The position numbers and the translations under genes were made by a program. Positions 1 to 11,268 of a stretch of DNA of 64,000 nt are shown in pieces. Source of the DNA: Schmidtea polychroa (Eukaryota); assembly GCA_044892525.1 (NCBI GenBank), contig CM097887.1, positions 15,128,001 to 15,192,000 on the forward strand, given 5' to 3'. A model generated the notes under the pieces. It ran no database searches. It was not told where the DNA came from and saw only the letters and a program-made list of their open reading frames with translations. Within the stretch, counting starts at the first letter, position 1. Each line of letters opens with the position of its first letter.

Positions 1-1232
1 GGTGTTGCTGAAACCCTGAAATATTAAAAAAATCAAGTGATGAAGCAATTACCTCAATCACTGATGAAGAGGGTCAAGAAATTATAAAATAGAATTATTT
101 CAGAAAGATTGAAGACAAAATGACCAAAAAAGGAATAACAGTATTTTGAGTAGCACCTCAAATTAGCTCAAAATCAAAAAATTTAATTTGAAATTATAGC
201 TAGAAGAGATATGACAAAATCATCATCAAAAGAGATTAGTTATTTCGAATACAACCAAATGATCAATTTGAGAGGAAACAAATAAAAGATTTTCAATGCA
301 ACAAATTGGACATATTCAAAGGTTTTATACAAATTTATATTAATAAAATTCAAAAATCTACAGAAATTACTAAAATAGAATTTGATTGTTTAAATAAATG
401 ATTAACGAAGACAATGTTATTGATCAATTTGAAGTACATGATCTATTCACAATCGAAGAAGTTACCTGATTAATGATGAATAAAAAAATTAACAATATAA
501 GTTCATCAGAATTGTTGTGGAAATGGTAGTTAGTCGGTGAATATTAAGCTTACAATCATTGATCTGACTCTGAGAGTGTTTAATAATAACGACAATGACA
601 AATCCCAAAAACGTAAAAATTTATTTATTATCATAATCAATTACAACGAATTCAACGATACCAATTTGCAACACACATCAAATGTTTCAAATGCTTATTA
701 TAACCCTCCGGGAAGAATAGCATGAAAATGACAATACATTAAGAACACAACCACTTGATTACTGGCGATAGTAAGGAATTTGCAAAATTGATCTAGTTGC
801 CTTTAACTTGATTTGAGCTTCTCAACTACCTCCGATTTACTAATTCAATACGCAAGTTTCTTTCCACTTTTCCCTGATTCTCAGCACTTTCTTTATCTCC
901 CCACATAAATTTAAATTTCTCACAAATTCCTTTCTAACAAATTTTCTCACTTTTCGTCTCAAAGTTTTCTCGGGTCAATTTTTCTCCTGTTAATTTATTT
1001 TTCTGTTTTATTGTTTTTTTCTGTTCCCTTCTCATTTTTCAACCTATTTCTTTCACTCTTGTTTTACTGAGTTTTAGAACAACACCTCATTTATTCATCA
1101 TTATTTTCCCAAATCATTTTACGCCTTTAATGATTATTTTTATTTTGTAATTTAAGTATCTTCAACAATATCTAAGTTTCATCGAAGGCTCTGCATAAAA
1201 ACCGAATGGTTACATTCCAATTTAATCATTAA

Positions 1233-1560
1233 GAATTTAACTGTTCAATTTAGTATGTATCAAATGTAGTTGCAGATGCACTGTCAAGCATAGAAAATGA
1301 ATTAATCTCAATTAAATTAAATTAAGTTCAAAGACCCGATTGATGATGAAAACATGGAAATAAATTACCCTCAGTCTATAAATAATAGATGAAATATAAT
1401 ACAATGTAACTAATAAATACTACAAAAAGAATATTCCTTGTAAACCTGCAACAGAGGCATTGAGAAAATTCACAACATTTATCACATAATAAATATATAG
1501 CAAATAAAAATGACCACAAATGAGAGAGAACATAAAGAATTTGTATACCATGTCCCTGAC
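1233..1560 (+). mobile_element. Degraded Ty3/Gypsy pol relic (RNase H end plus integrase zinc finger)
   Basis: 1233-1300 reads EFNCSI*YVSNVVADALSSIE, matching the Gypsy RNase H C-terminal EF..I.Y...NVVADALSR motif. About 1470-1555 gives frameshifted IHNIYH...PQMRENIK...CIPC, resembling the HHCC integrase finger. Stops and frameshifts are present. Confidence 0.6.
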
Positions 1561-2577
1561 AAACAATAATTGAATTTTAAATTATGGGGAAATTAAAAAC
1601 GGTTATGATTTCGATAATGTTATGGAACTAAGGGAAATGTCAAATGAAGAAAGTAGAATGAAATTTGTATAGAATGTCTCAATAGAGAAAATAAGGTTAT
1701 CGAATCTCGCTTTTAAGGTATTAAATACACAAACGTTTCGAAAAAGATAATAAAATTAAAGAGTTTTAAGATCCGAATTTGTCAATGTGAATAATACTAG
1801 GCTCATAATGTTGTTCATATATTTTATAACTAAATGTGAATAGAAATAAGTTATCAACAAAGAAAAGAAAAACAATAACGAAATATTCAAGGATCCGTAC
1901 AGTAAGAAGTATTATTGAAGAGTTCAGTAAGTTATGAGAAAGAAAGGTAAAGGTGTCAAACGACAACCTTCAAAGGAGACATTAATATACAATTCATTAT
2001 ATAAAGTCTTAAAAAAACAATAACAATAATTAAAGGATACCAACGATATAAATATATGATAGCATCAAAAAAAAAGATTGAAATCTTTAATCAAATAGTA
2101 AGTCAACAGAAATCCATGAAGATAAATGCGGAATCGAAGCAGATGGAGGAAAATGAAAAGAGATCCATTAATATCAATTATAGAATCTTTTGATGTAGCA
2201 AATAGTCATATGAATGAAGATGAATAAAGGAGAAATTTCATAAATAAGAAAATAGTAGTAGAAACTGTCAGTTTTACATTCAAAAGAGATCGAACGAAAA
2301 TGACACTTGATATCATTGAAGAAAAAATTGATTTTCAACTTTGCTGGAAAAATGTTACAAGGGTAAATATTATGACCCAAGGAATGATGTTAGACAATAA
2401 TCAAAGAATTCGGTAATAGATCAAGATTACAATGTAAAATATTTTAGATATAAACTCAACTTATAGGTAAAACAGGTGATAGACATAATTAATTATATTT
2501 ATTTCACTTTACTTAGAAATTAAATGAAAATTATACATATTTAAACATTATTTTCTCTTTCTTACAACACGTTAAAC

Positions 2578-3162
2578 CAGGGATGGCAATTACATGGCAC
2601 GCGTGCCAAACTTGGCACGCAGACAAAAAACTTCTGGCACTCTAAGAAATTTAAAAAAAGAAGTAGAAAAAATTCTTATTATAAAATAATTACTGCTTTT
2701 TAAAAAAAAATTTTGGACCCAAAATTTTAATCAACGGCTTTGAATTGAATTCTATATTTTTTTCTCTAGTTGGCTTTGCGTTATTAAATAACGCAATTAA
2801 TTATTAAATTTAGTTTATTTTGGCACTTTGATAAAAACCTATTTTCCAAAATAACGGTTATTTTGTACATACGTATATGGTTGTGTTATAATTCTTGTAT
2901 ATTCTTACATCAGTTTTTAGTTTTGTTTTAACTTGTGCAGTTCAATAAAATTTGTGTTTAATTTTAAATAAAATTTATTTTTTGCTGAATTAAAATGGTA
3001 CCAAAAAAACCAAAACTACAAGATATTCGTAGCTTTGTACTCTCTCTTAAACCATTTAAAAAATTTATTAAATCATGACTATTGCATCATTGCGTTAACA
3101 AATTGATGGTAAACCACTCATCATTTATTTTTATAAATTACTGACTGGGGTACCCATCGCTG
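2578..3162. mobile_element. Possible non-autonomous hAT element
   Basis: Begins CAGGGATGGCAATTACATGGCACGCGTGCC (hAT-like end). The candidate right end TACCCATCGCTG is an imperfect inverted match. No TSD found. Confidence 0.35.
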
Positions 3163-3229
3163 CCCGGAGCTAGTTTGAAGATAAAAAAATATTACAAATA
3201 TTAGGAATATAAATTTGCAATATATTTAT

Positions 3230-3615
3230 TGAAAGCGACATCAAATTGACCGATCATGGAAATATCTGCTTCAACAGTCAAGGCTTCCATGAAAGCTTTG
3301 ATACCTGATCTGGCGATTGTAACCAGATTCTTGATGAGTTCAGTTTTGGTCTTACCGAGTCCAGTATCGTACAACGTCAAAGTATTAGAAGCTTTATCTG
3401 GAATAACTTTACTCATTAACTCCTTTTGGATATCGACGACTGATAGGTCCATCAAGGTCTTGTAAAGAACTTTATCAAGAGCATTACTAGGATTGGAAAT
3501 TAATACTCTAAGGAAGATTACTTTGTTTGAATAGAAGTTGTTGATGATCAAGCTCATCAACTGACAGATTTGAGCTTGGAAAGCAAAAGGTTTCAGCTTC
3601 TCGAATGTTTGACAT
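3230..3615 (-). pseudogene. hsp90: Hsp90 N-terminal ATPase domain pseudogene fragment
   Basis: [10 protein letters not shown], +1 frameshift, then [38 protein letters not shown]...[28 protein letters not shown]...[13 protein letters not shown], after which homology ends. Catalytic RELISN has become RVLISN and GQFGVGF has become GQFDVAF. Confidence 0.93.
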
Positions 3616-5059
3616 TTGTTTAATAGATTTTAATGTTGGAAAGAAGCATGAATGTTATTTTTTTGCATATTTAAACAATCAATTTAATAATGTTTTTTAA
3701 ATTTAATTATTAAATTGATATATTTATTAATTTGCAAGTCAGAGGCACTACACAAATGGCCCCAAGCAATGATGTTAAACTAATAAAGAAAAAATCAACC
3801 ATAAAAAACATGGTTTTGAAACTCTCTCTATATTTCAGTCTCTTAATTGCAACATATAATTACGTTATCTCTTTCATACGATATCAATATCAACTTATAA
3901 ATACTTTTAAAATTAACCCACTTTTCGTGGTCGGATCGATCAGAAATTTCGATGACATGCGGTTCCCGACACCGATGCTAATTGTCAAATTTCAGCTCAA
4001 TTCTATCATGGTAAGTAGGTTAATTTGGACTCACAAAATTTGCATGGCACATAAAAACATACATCAATAAAGTTAATATATAAAGAGTAAAAATATAATT
4101 ACTTGAAAATTTCTTTATTTTCTTCATTTTTGTACAACAATCACAAAGTCACAAACCCACCTTACATCACTTTATTTAGTCATACAATACTCCATCCAGA
4201 TACACCGTACTGAGAGAATGAAATAATAAAAAGAGACAATAAAGAGAAAATTTAAAAAATTAAAAAAATTAAAATCGTCTAAAAATCGAATTTTCATGTT
4301 ATATTTTCGGATAACAATTTTTGACCTTTTTTTATAATTTGAAGTTCATTGGGTTTTCTAAGTTTTTAACTTGGATAATTGAATACATTTCTCTACCGTT
4401 TACCCATAATTTGAGTTTTTTATATCCGGATATACAATCATACATATTGTTGGGTTTTATGATAATGAAAAGTCAACTTTGTAACTCTGACTCCACGTGT
4501 CAAAAATAGATAAACACAAACTCCCAAAGTATATTTGTTTATCACAATTTTGCAACTCTCAATAAATGATAACAATTTTCAATCAACAACACTTGCGTTT
4601 ACACTGTCTGATCTAGCTTCGCTCTGGAAAGTCTTGACCTTGTGCGATTTAAAATAAGTTTCACCTTTTTATTTTCTTTTCCACTTTTTGATACGAATTT
4701 CTTTGATAATCTCGTTTGTCCTTACCCTTTAGTTTCTTTTATAATTTCCTTTTTCAGTTTTTGATTCTTTTCCTCAAATTCCTACTTTCGGTTTTCCCGT
4801 CCTATCTGAGGCTACTGCGGATTATTTGAATTTGGAGTTTCCTTATATACTACAATAATCGTTTAAATTTTTCCGTCTTTGACTTAATTAGTTTCCTCCG
4901 ACAGGCGGTTTTTTCAATTATCGTTCTCTAATTGCTGTGATTAATTATTTCTGTTGACCCTTTTTAGTTATTCCACTTTCTTTGTTAATCCCCATTTATT
5001 CGGCGGTTTAGATAATGACCCTCTAGATTACTGGTTTGTTGATTCTCCCTGATTACCAT

Positions 5060-5330
5060 ACTCCGATTTCCTTCATTGCTCGGGTTTTCCATTAGCCAAT
5101 TAATTAACTAATTAATAATTTCTGTTTTTTCATTTTTTCATGTTTTTCGACCCTTTTTAAATATTTTCTGACAATTTCCTGCGTACTGTCTTCTTTGCCA
5201 TTACCTAATCTATATCTATCTCTTTTTCCAGATTCGATTTCGATAACTTTTCAATTTGTTCCAATTTCTCAGATTTCCATATTTAGCATTTCGTATCTGA
5301 TTGCACCCTTCCATAGTTCTGTTTTCATCA
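5060..5330 (+). repeat. Dispersed repeat (possibly LTR/UTR-derived); inverted copy at ~15170-15480, weaker copy at ~57840-57920
   Basis: GCTCGGGTTTTCCATTAGCCAATTAATTAA (5078-5107) is the near reverse complement of 15410-15445, and the flanks also align loosely. Confidence 0.55.
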
Positions 5331-5745
5331 TATCTTTCTTTCCCATCTATTCATGCTTGATTGCGATTCTCTTTTGTTTCATTTCTATTTTCTTTTGGCT
5401 CGAAATAATTCTTTTAAAAATAATTTTAATTTTACAACCTGAACAATACTTTCATTTTTATATATTAGATTATTAACATGCTAGAAGCTTTCGACCTTCA
5501 AACATGAATAACAAAATAAAACACATTTGACATTTTATTTATAGTTTTTCAGTAAAAATGTAATATGTGCATTTAATTTGCATTCAACATGTATAAACTT
5601 CATTTTATATATTTATATTTTTTCTGTGATTTAGCTAATTTGCAAGTGATGTGATTTCCAGTGTAGCAGGTAAAGTATGCAATAGACTTGAATCAGCAAT
5701 ATTGTATACTTACCTGGCGCGAAGAGAAATCGTCGCGTCTCCTGC

Positions 5746-5787
5746 ATAGTACTGATGAGAGCCGAAAGCTCGAAACTAGTCTACTAT
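5746..5787 (+). ncRNA. Minimal type I hammerhead ribozyme with palindromic stem III
   Basis: ATAGTA-CTGATGA-GAGC-CGAAA-GCTC-GAAA-CTAGTC-TACTAT. It has the complete catalytic core, a 4-bp stem II, a 6-bp stem I, an ACUAGU palindrome and a GUC cleavage triplet (cut after 5781). Confidence 0.87.
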
Positions 5788-6504
5788 TGGGATTTGCACT
5801 GGGTGTCATAAAGCTTGTGATGTTTATATTCATTTTAATGATTATAAGATGTTTGAAATTTAACAAAAGTGAAACATTGATGGAGACGAAATATAATTTT
5901 ACCTTTTACTGATTCCTGTTTAAGGCTGATGAAATTTCGCAGTGGTATTTTATCATAATTTCATTATCTTCCAAACTGTTTGTTTTCTAAAAAGATTTAA
6001 AATGATAAAGAAATTTATTTGACGTTTTAAAATTTGTAGGAACCGGATTTACGTAATCTTTTAATGAAATCTTTTAGAAAGAGGAGAATAAAATAACATC
6101 ACAGGTTCATTCGCCGTTATAGAATTTGATGGATTGATTGCTAAAGAATGGACTTATATTCAAAATAATGTTCATTAAGACTTCCTGGACTCTAGAAACA
6201 TGTTGAGTTTATTTTTATTATTGTCACAGTTCAACTTTACTCTCACTATGTTTGTTCTTTAATCACAAACACCAAACCAAACAAATGCAAAGTATATATT
6301 TCTTTATTGACTAAGTTTAGCAAAGGTAAACTTTTCAAAACGATTTCTAAATAGTTGATACTTTGAAAAAAGTGACAAATATTTTATTCATTGCAAACTT
6401 TAAACCGGTATCACGACAAATGGATCACAGACAAACGGTTTTGATTAAGCGATTCTAGCATTCTAATAACTTGAGTTGCAACAAATATATTTATTAAAAA
6501 GAAC

Positions 6505-6567
6505 TTGAAGACTATAAATCAGTAATATATCGATGTTTTTGATATATTACTGATTTATAGTCTTCAA
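6505..6567. repeat. Perfect 27-bp inverted repeat with 9-nt loop
   Basis: TTGAAGACTATAAATCAGTAATATATC / GATATATTACTGATTTATAGTCTTCAA. Confidence 0.9.
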
Positions 6568-6719
6568 ACTCTTATATAAATTCAATGTAAAAAAAATCAG
6601 AGGTGAAATTGGAAATAAAAGTTTTTATATTTCAGGTTCAATTAATTAAACAGTTCAATAACAATTTCTTTTTAAGTTTTTAATCATTTTAAACTGATAT
6701 AAAAAAATAATGCGTAACC

Positions 6720-6790
6720 GAACGTTGTGAACCAAATGTCATGAAGCAAATGTCGTGAACCAAATGTCGTGAACTATATGTCAGTGAACC
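6720..6790. repeat. Short tandem ~15-nt repeats (GTGAACCAAATGTC), like DNA-transposon subterminal repeats
   Basis: 4-5 imperfect copies. A diverged inverted counterpart GGTATCACGACAAATGGATCAC lies at ~6407-6430. Confidence 0.45.
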
Positions 6791-7182
6791 ATTTAAACCA
6801 ACTGATTTCTGATGCTGTGATAGGTCTTTCTTCAATACGATTATTGTTTTTTATTACTGATTGGGAAACGTTTATCATTTCCCACATCAGCAATTCCAGA
6901 GGTCTAAAGAAAATACAATAATTAATTGTTAATCTCTCGCATAAATTTGTAATTATTATATTCATCTTTAACGCTTAAATGCATGATTTTTCAAAAAGAC
7001 CCTGTGTTCTTGTTTGAACTGGTTTGAACATGAATGAGACGATTTTAACGCAATCTATATGCAATCAACCGGATTAGAAATAATGCACGTCATGTAGTCA
7101 ATCAACAACACTGCGTATCAAGTTAAAATCTACTTCACATATACATTGAGATACACGTTGTCAAATGACAGCACAATGCATT

Positions 7183-7429
7183 CATGGGCGCCCACTGGGA
7201 TGGGCAAGGGAAGGGGCGCTTGCCCCACTGGATTGATTGAATATAGTCAAATAATAAAAAAATAATAAAAAAATTAATAAAAAATTTGTTGCTACAGTAT
7301 GCCCTTCATTACTACAATGTCCTATCAGTTTGTTCACCATACATATACACTACAATAAATTAAAACTTCATTAAAATATTACTAAAAATAATTTGCCCTC
7401 CCCCTAGAAAATTTCTGCGGTCACCCATG
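7183..7429. mobile_element. hAT-type MITE (247 bp)
   Basis: Ends CATGGGCGCCC / GGTCACCCATG, with an 8-bp TSD AATGCATT / ACTGCATT (1 mismatch). Confidence 0.7.
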
Positions 7430-7819
7430 ACTGCATTTGAGTTAACTTTTAATTCGTTATGTATTTTTTACATGAAAATATTAATTTTCAATTTTAACTA
7501 ATTTTACACTTGTTTTTGAATTTCAAAACTTTTGCATTTGACTCTATACATTTAAGTGTCATTTGTACATTTTTATGCAACCCCAACAAAAGAACATAAT
7601 ATTTATTATTAATATTCAAGCATTAAAACAAATTTTAAAATTTATATATTTTGGTAATCGTCTTGTTTCACGTATAAATTTATTAGATCAATCAAATTTT
7701 AAATTAAAATTTCTAAATTGTTCAAAATCCTGTTGTTGGTGGGTAAAAAAAATTAAAATTAAAAACAAGAATCTGTCAAAGAAATTTGACTAGAAAACAA
7801 CCGATCTCTTCAAGTCCCA

Positions 7820-9100
7820 TCAAAGCACTGCCGTTCTCACCAACGCATGGTAAATTTTTGCAAATGTTATATTTCCTTTTGTTTCTGGGCCGTTCATTAA
7901 AAACACATTTTTCTCCTCTACATAGTGTTCGGATTTTGAAAAGAAACTAAACACCAAATGTTCGAGACATATTTTATTTCTATAACTTGAAGCAATCGTT
8001 GACTTAAAATGCTTATCAAACGCTGTGTAACATCCTTTTGCAACATCGAAATAAGCTTCAACTCGATATTTTTCCTCTTTCAAAATTCCTCTTTGAATAC
8101 CTTTAGGGTCATCGTAGACATGTGGAGTAACCATAACCATAGCTTTATACTTACATTCGAGACTAAACCAGGTGTTGTCTACAATTCCTCCACAACACAG
8201 TTCCGTAAATTGCATTGACCGACCTGGAACCAGATAGGAACAATATATATTATTGTAATCATAGGCATTTTGTTCACGTAAATAAAGACTTGGAGAAATA
8301 CTGACATATATCTCATCAATTATCAGAGCTAAATCTATAACACATTGAGAATAGGATTTATTTTCATCATCTAATACATTAACACACGATTGAAGGTTAT
8401 CGAAAAACTTTGTCTTTAAAGTTTCATTTATTGCCAAAGATTTTGCGACTTCTAACAATCGGGCAACATTATTCAGTTCAATCAACACAATTGTTCGTAG
8501 AAATTCCCTTCGAACTGTTGCGTACATGATCAAATCTGTTGAAGTAGCCTTTAATTGTTCCATCAAGGTGATTCGAATTTGTTGAGAATGCAAAACGTCC
8601 GCATTGTCAATGACGTTAGAACATTGAAGTCTCTCAACAAGCCAAGTTGGAAACTTCCAAAGAGTACAAGCATCGACGTAATGTATTGAACCCCCGTTAA
8701 ATTCTAAAGGCTGATTTTGTGATTTATCTTTATTCGTATTGTCAGTTTTTGGAGAACTTCTCAACATCAAAGCGTCTTCAGGTTTAATGTTATCTTTTAC
8801 TTCTTTGTCTTCAGTTTCTTTTTCATTATCAGCATCATTGTCTTCAGAGTCCGCTTCATCCTCATCTTCTTCATTTTCTACATTTTCCTCATTGTCTTCT
8901 TCTGATGCTGAATTGTGTGACTCCTTATAAAATCTTCTAATTTTACTTTTATTTACATTTTTGATAACCTTCCTATTTGAACATAAAATATCATTTGACG
9001 AATTTTTATTCTTTTTAATAAAGTTAGAACGTTTCATTGAATGCAATTCTTTCAAGCATTTTATCAAAGTTATAAGTTGTTTTTCATTGAAAGTTGCCAT
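7820..9100 (-). CDS. Intronless 426-aa hypothetical protein (basic N-terminus, acidic tract, globular C-terminal region)
   Basis: Uninterrupted 1281-nt ORF from ATG to TGA in highly AT-rich DNA, with a D/E tract at aa ~65-105. No family recognised. Confidence 0.8.
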   Translation of the reverse strand: MATFNEKQLITLIKCLKELHSMKRSNFIKKNKNSSNDILCSNRKVIKNVNKSKIRRFYKESHNSASEEDNEENVENEEDEDEADSEDNDADNEKETEDKEVKDNIKPEDALMLRSSPKTDNTNKDKSQNQPLEFNGGSIHYVDACTLWKFPTWLVERLQCSNVIDNADVLHSQQIRITLMEQLKATSTDLIMYATVRREFLRTIVLIELNNVARLLEVAKSLAINETLKTKFFDNLQSCVNVLDDENKSYSQCVIDLALIIDEIYVSISPSLYLREQNAYDYNNIYCSYLVPGRSMQFTELCCGGIVDNTWFSLECKYKAMVMVTPHVYDDPKGIQRGILKEEKYRVEAYFDVAKGCYTAFDKHFKSTIASSYRNKICLEHLVFSFFSKSEHYVEEKNVFLMNGPETKGNITFAKIYHALVRTAVL

Positions 9101-9172
9101 GTTAATGATTAAAAAGAAATCAATTTTAATTAATTAATTTAATTAATTACTGAAATCTTGCATTCCTTAGAG

Positions 9173-9808
9173 CAGGGCTTCTCAACCCAAAACTCACCGC
9201 GGACCACAAGATACTTGGGTTATTTTCTGCGCGAACCGGTGATAATATTATTATTATTTTTTAAATAATTGGTACTTCCGTGTTATCTTACCACCAAAAA
9301 TTAAATTATAAAATACAATTAAAATAACAATATAAAAAATGAGAGAATACATTATTGATGACGTTATTCAACATTATTGAACATGAATTTATTAAGGCTA
9401 TCTGTGATTTATGTGATTATGTGATTATGTGAGTTTATGTGGCGCAAACGTGTTCTAAGCAACAGTGCCGATGTGTTCGACACTATTCTCATCGACATTG
9501 TGGTTTTCTGGCCACCTGGATGACCATTTACAAACTCTTTACAACATTTGCTGAGTTTGTAACTGTGATTTAGAAAATAAATATAATAATTATGTGTTCT
9601 TTTTTAATTTAATTTTTGGGGGTAAGATAACACGGAAAAAAAACTGAAAACCACATTGAGCAATATATATTTATTATTTATTTATCAGTATTTGTTTATT
9701 CTCAGCCAACCACAGACATATGCACAGTTTCCATTTTTCCCGACTTGTAACTTTAAGGTCTTCGTGGTCGATCACTTTAGAGCTGTGGGTCTGCCGTTGA
9801 AAAACCCG
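9173..9808. mobile_element. Old hAT (Charlie/Buster-like) non-autonomous element
   Basis: CAGGGCTTCTCAAC ... GTTGAAAAACCCG imperfect TIRs. No clean TSD. Confidence 0.5.
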
Positions 9809-10413
9809 TTTTTTACGTTTTTTAATTGAAAAATTGAATACATTGGTCTAACTTTTACCCATAATTTGAAGTTTATATATCCCGACATACAAATACACCT
9901 ATTTTATTTTTATATATTAGATTATATAAAAATCTGGTATAATTTATCTGTTCAAAGAAATGATTAACTAGCGATTACTATTAATTTATCTGATAATAAC
10001 TTTAGATTAAAATGTTCGTCACTCCACAATGATTGAGTTTATGATGTATGGTCATTAGAAACTTTCAACTCAGAATCATGTCATTTATATATCTTTAAGT
10101 CATCACATTCGAGTAAAACATTTGAATAAATAAATGTTTAAATATGTTATTTAATTAAAATTCATTTGAAAATAAATGAGACATAAATTATATAAATTAA
10201 AACAAAAAACATTTAATAAAAATACATTAAAAAAATAAACAAAATATATATGAAAGATTCTTTTAATTAAAATTTCAAACAAATAAACAATAAAATTATA
10301 GTTTATATATTAAATAATTAATAATTATAACAAATACTTTAATCTAGAATTCAATGTTATATGACAATCAATAGTTTATTAAAACAAAATAAAAATAATA
10401 ATTAAATAATTAA

Positions 10414-10698
10414 TTATTGAACTTGAAATTGCAATTTCTTTATATTGTTGGTGACCAGATTTTTTAGGGATATCGCATGGAATCGGATCAACAGTCCATA
10501 AATGGCCATGAAGAACTTTACAAAATTATATAATTTATACAATTGCAATAACATTTCCGTTCTCTTACTTCAAAAAGGACGAAAATTGTCACAACTAGCA
10601 AAATGGTCACTAAGGCGGATGTATTTCCTGTAATTGACTGGAATTTATTGAGACAAATCTGAATATATTGCATTAATGCACTTTCACCCAATAAATAT
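10414..10698 (-). pseudogene. Orphan duplicate of two 3' exons of a membrane protein gene (exons 10698-10569 and 10515-10414)
   Basis: Canonical AG/GT sites. The spliced product is YLLGESALMQYIQICLNKFQSITGNTSALVTILLVVTIFVLFE|FFMAIYGLLIRFHAISLKNLVTNNIKKLQFQVQ*. It lies in a ~780-bp direct duplication (9958-10740 = 41095-42205). Confidence 0.6.
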
Positions 10699-10749
10699 CT
10701 ATATTATTAATAAATATTCATGCAATCACATAAACAAATTAGTTATTCA

Positions 10750-11120
10750 CATAGATTGTTCGAGTTTGCCTGACCGGTAACAAGGGACTAGACTAGTTGT
10801 TGGGGCAGCCTGAGACTCTCCTAACTAAATTTGAAAATGCGGTCTGTTCACTATTTGCCTGGCTAGGTATCGATCGATGATCGTTTTATTGTCCTGTGTC
10901 CAAAGTTGTTTGACCTGAATCTTCAGGGCTTGGATCTCCAATCGGTCCTGCGCTGCTTGTGATTGGAAAGTTTCGATTGATTAGTTTCTTCATATCCTTC
11001 GGACTGAACCACGTCCCCTCCATTTTCCAGATTTATTCCCTGAGTTTCCCAATGAGGGTGCAAATATCTCTACCAGGTGTAGTGCAGCTTCTCAGTCTGC
11101 TAGCATATTTCCAACGAGGT
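10750..11120 (-). mobile_element. Possible gag relic of an LTR retrotransposon
   Basis: GC-richer island. The minus frame reads ...EIQALKIQVKQL...VPCYRSGKLEQ, like a degenerate CYRCGKxGH knuckle, with stops. Confidence 0.35.
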
Positions 11121-11268
11121 TTATCACTAAATTGAAATAAAAATGGGTTTCATTAAAAGATAATTACATATTTTGATTAGACATAGGAGGAATTCAATTC
11201 AGCCAAACGGCATCGATGCTAGCCGCGTGATGCTAATATTAATTTTATACAGGTCGGTGCTTATATTA

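Noticed and set aside
60-95. Other CTGATGA motifs (60, 5926, 26796, 56842, 63944) as hammerheads
   Set aside because: None has a paired stem II followed by GAAA and an NUH site.
3256-3465. Plus-strand 69-aa ORF (also 8009-8218, 8739-8930, 25653-25859, 61288-61512, 62122-62307)
   Set aside because: These are shadow ORFs, antisense or out of frame within Hsp90, the orphan gene, the transposase or the innexin.
5706-5870. Full U1 snRNA gene
   Set aside because: Only the first ~14 nt match. The stem-loop I GATCACGAAG loop and the Sm site are absent.
6720-6790. CRISPR-like array
   Set aside because: The repeats are contiguous with no unique spacers, and the context is eukaryotic.
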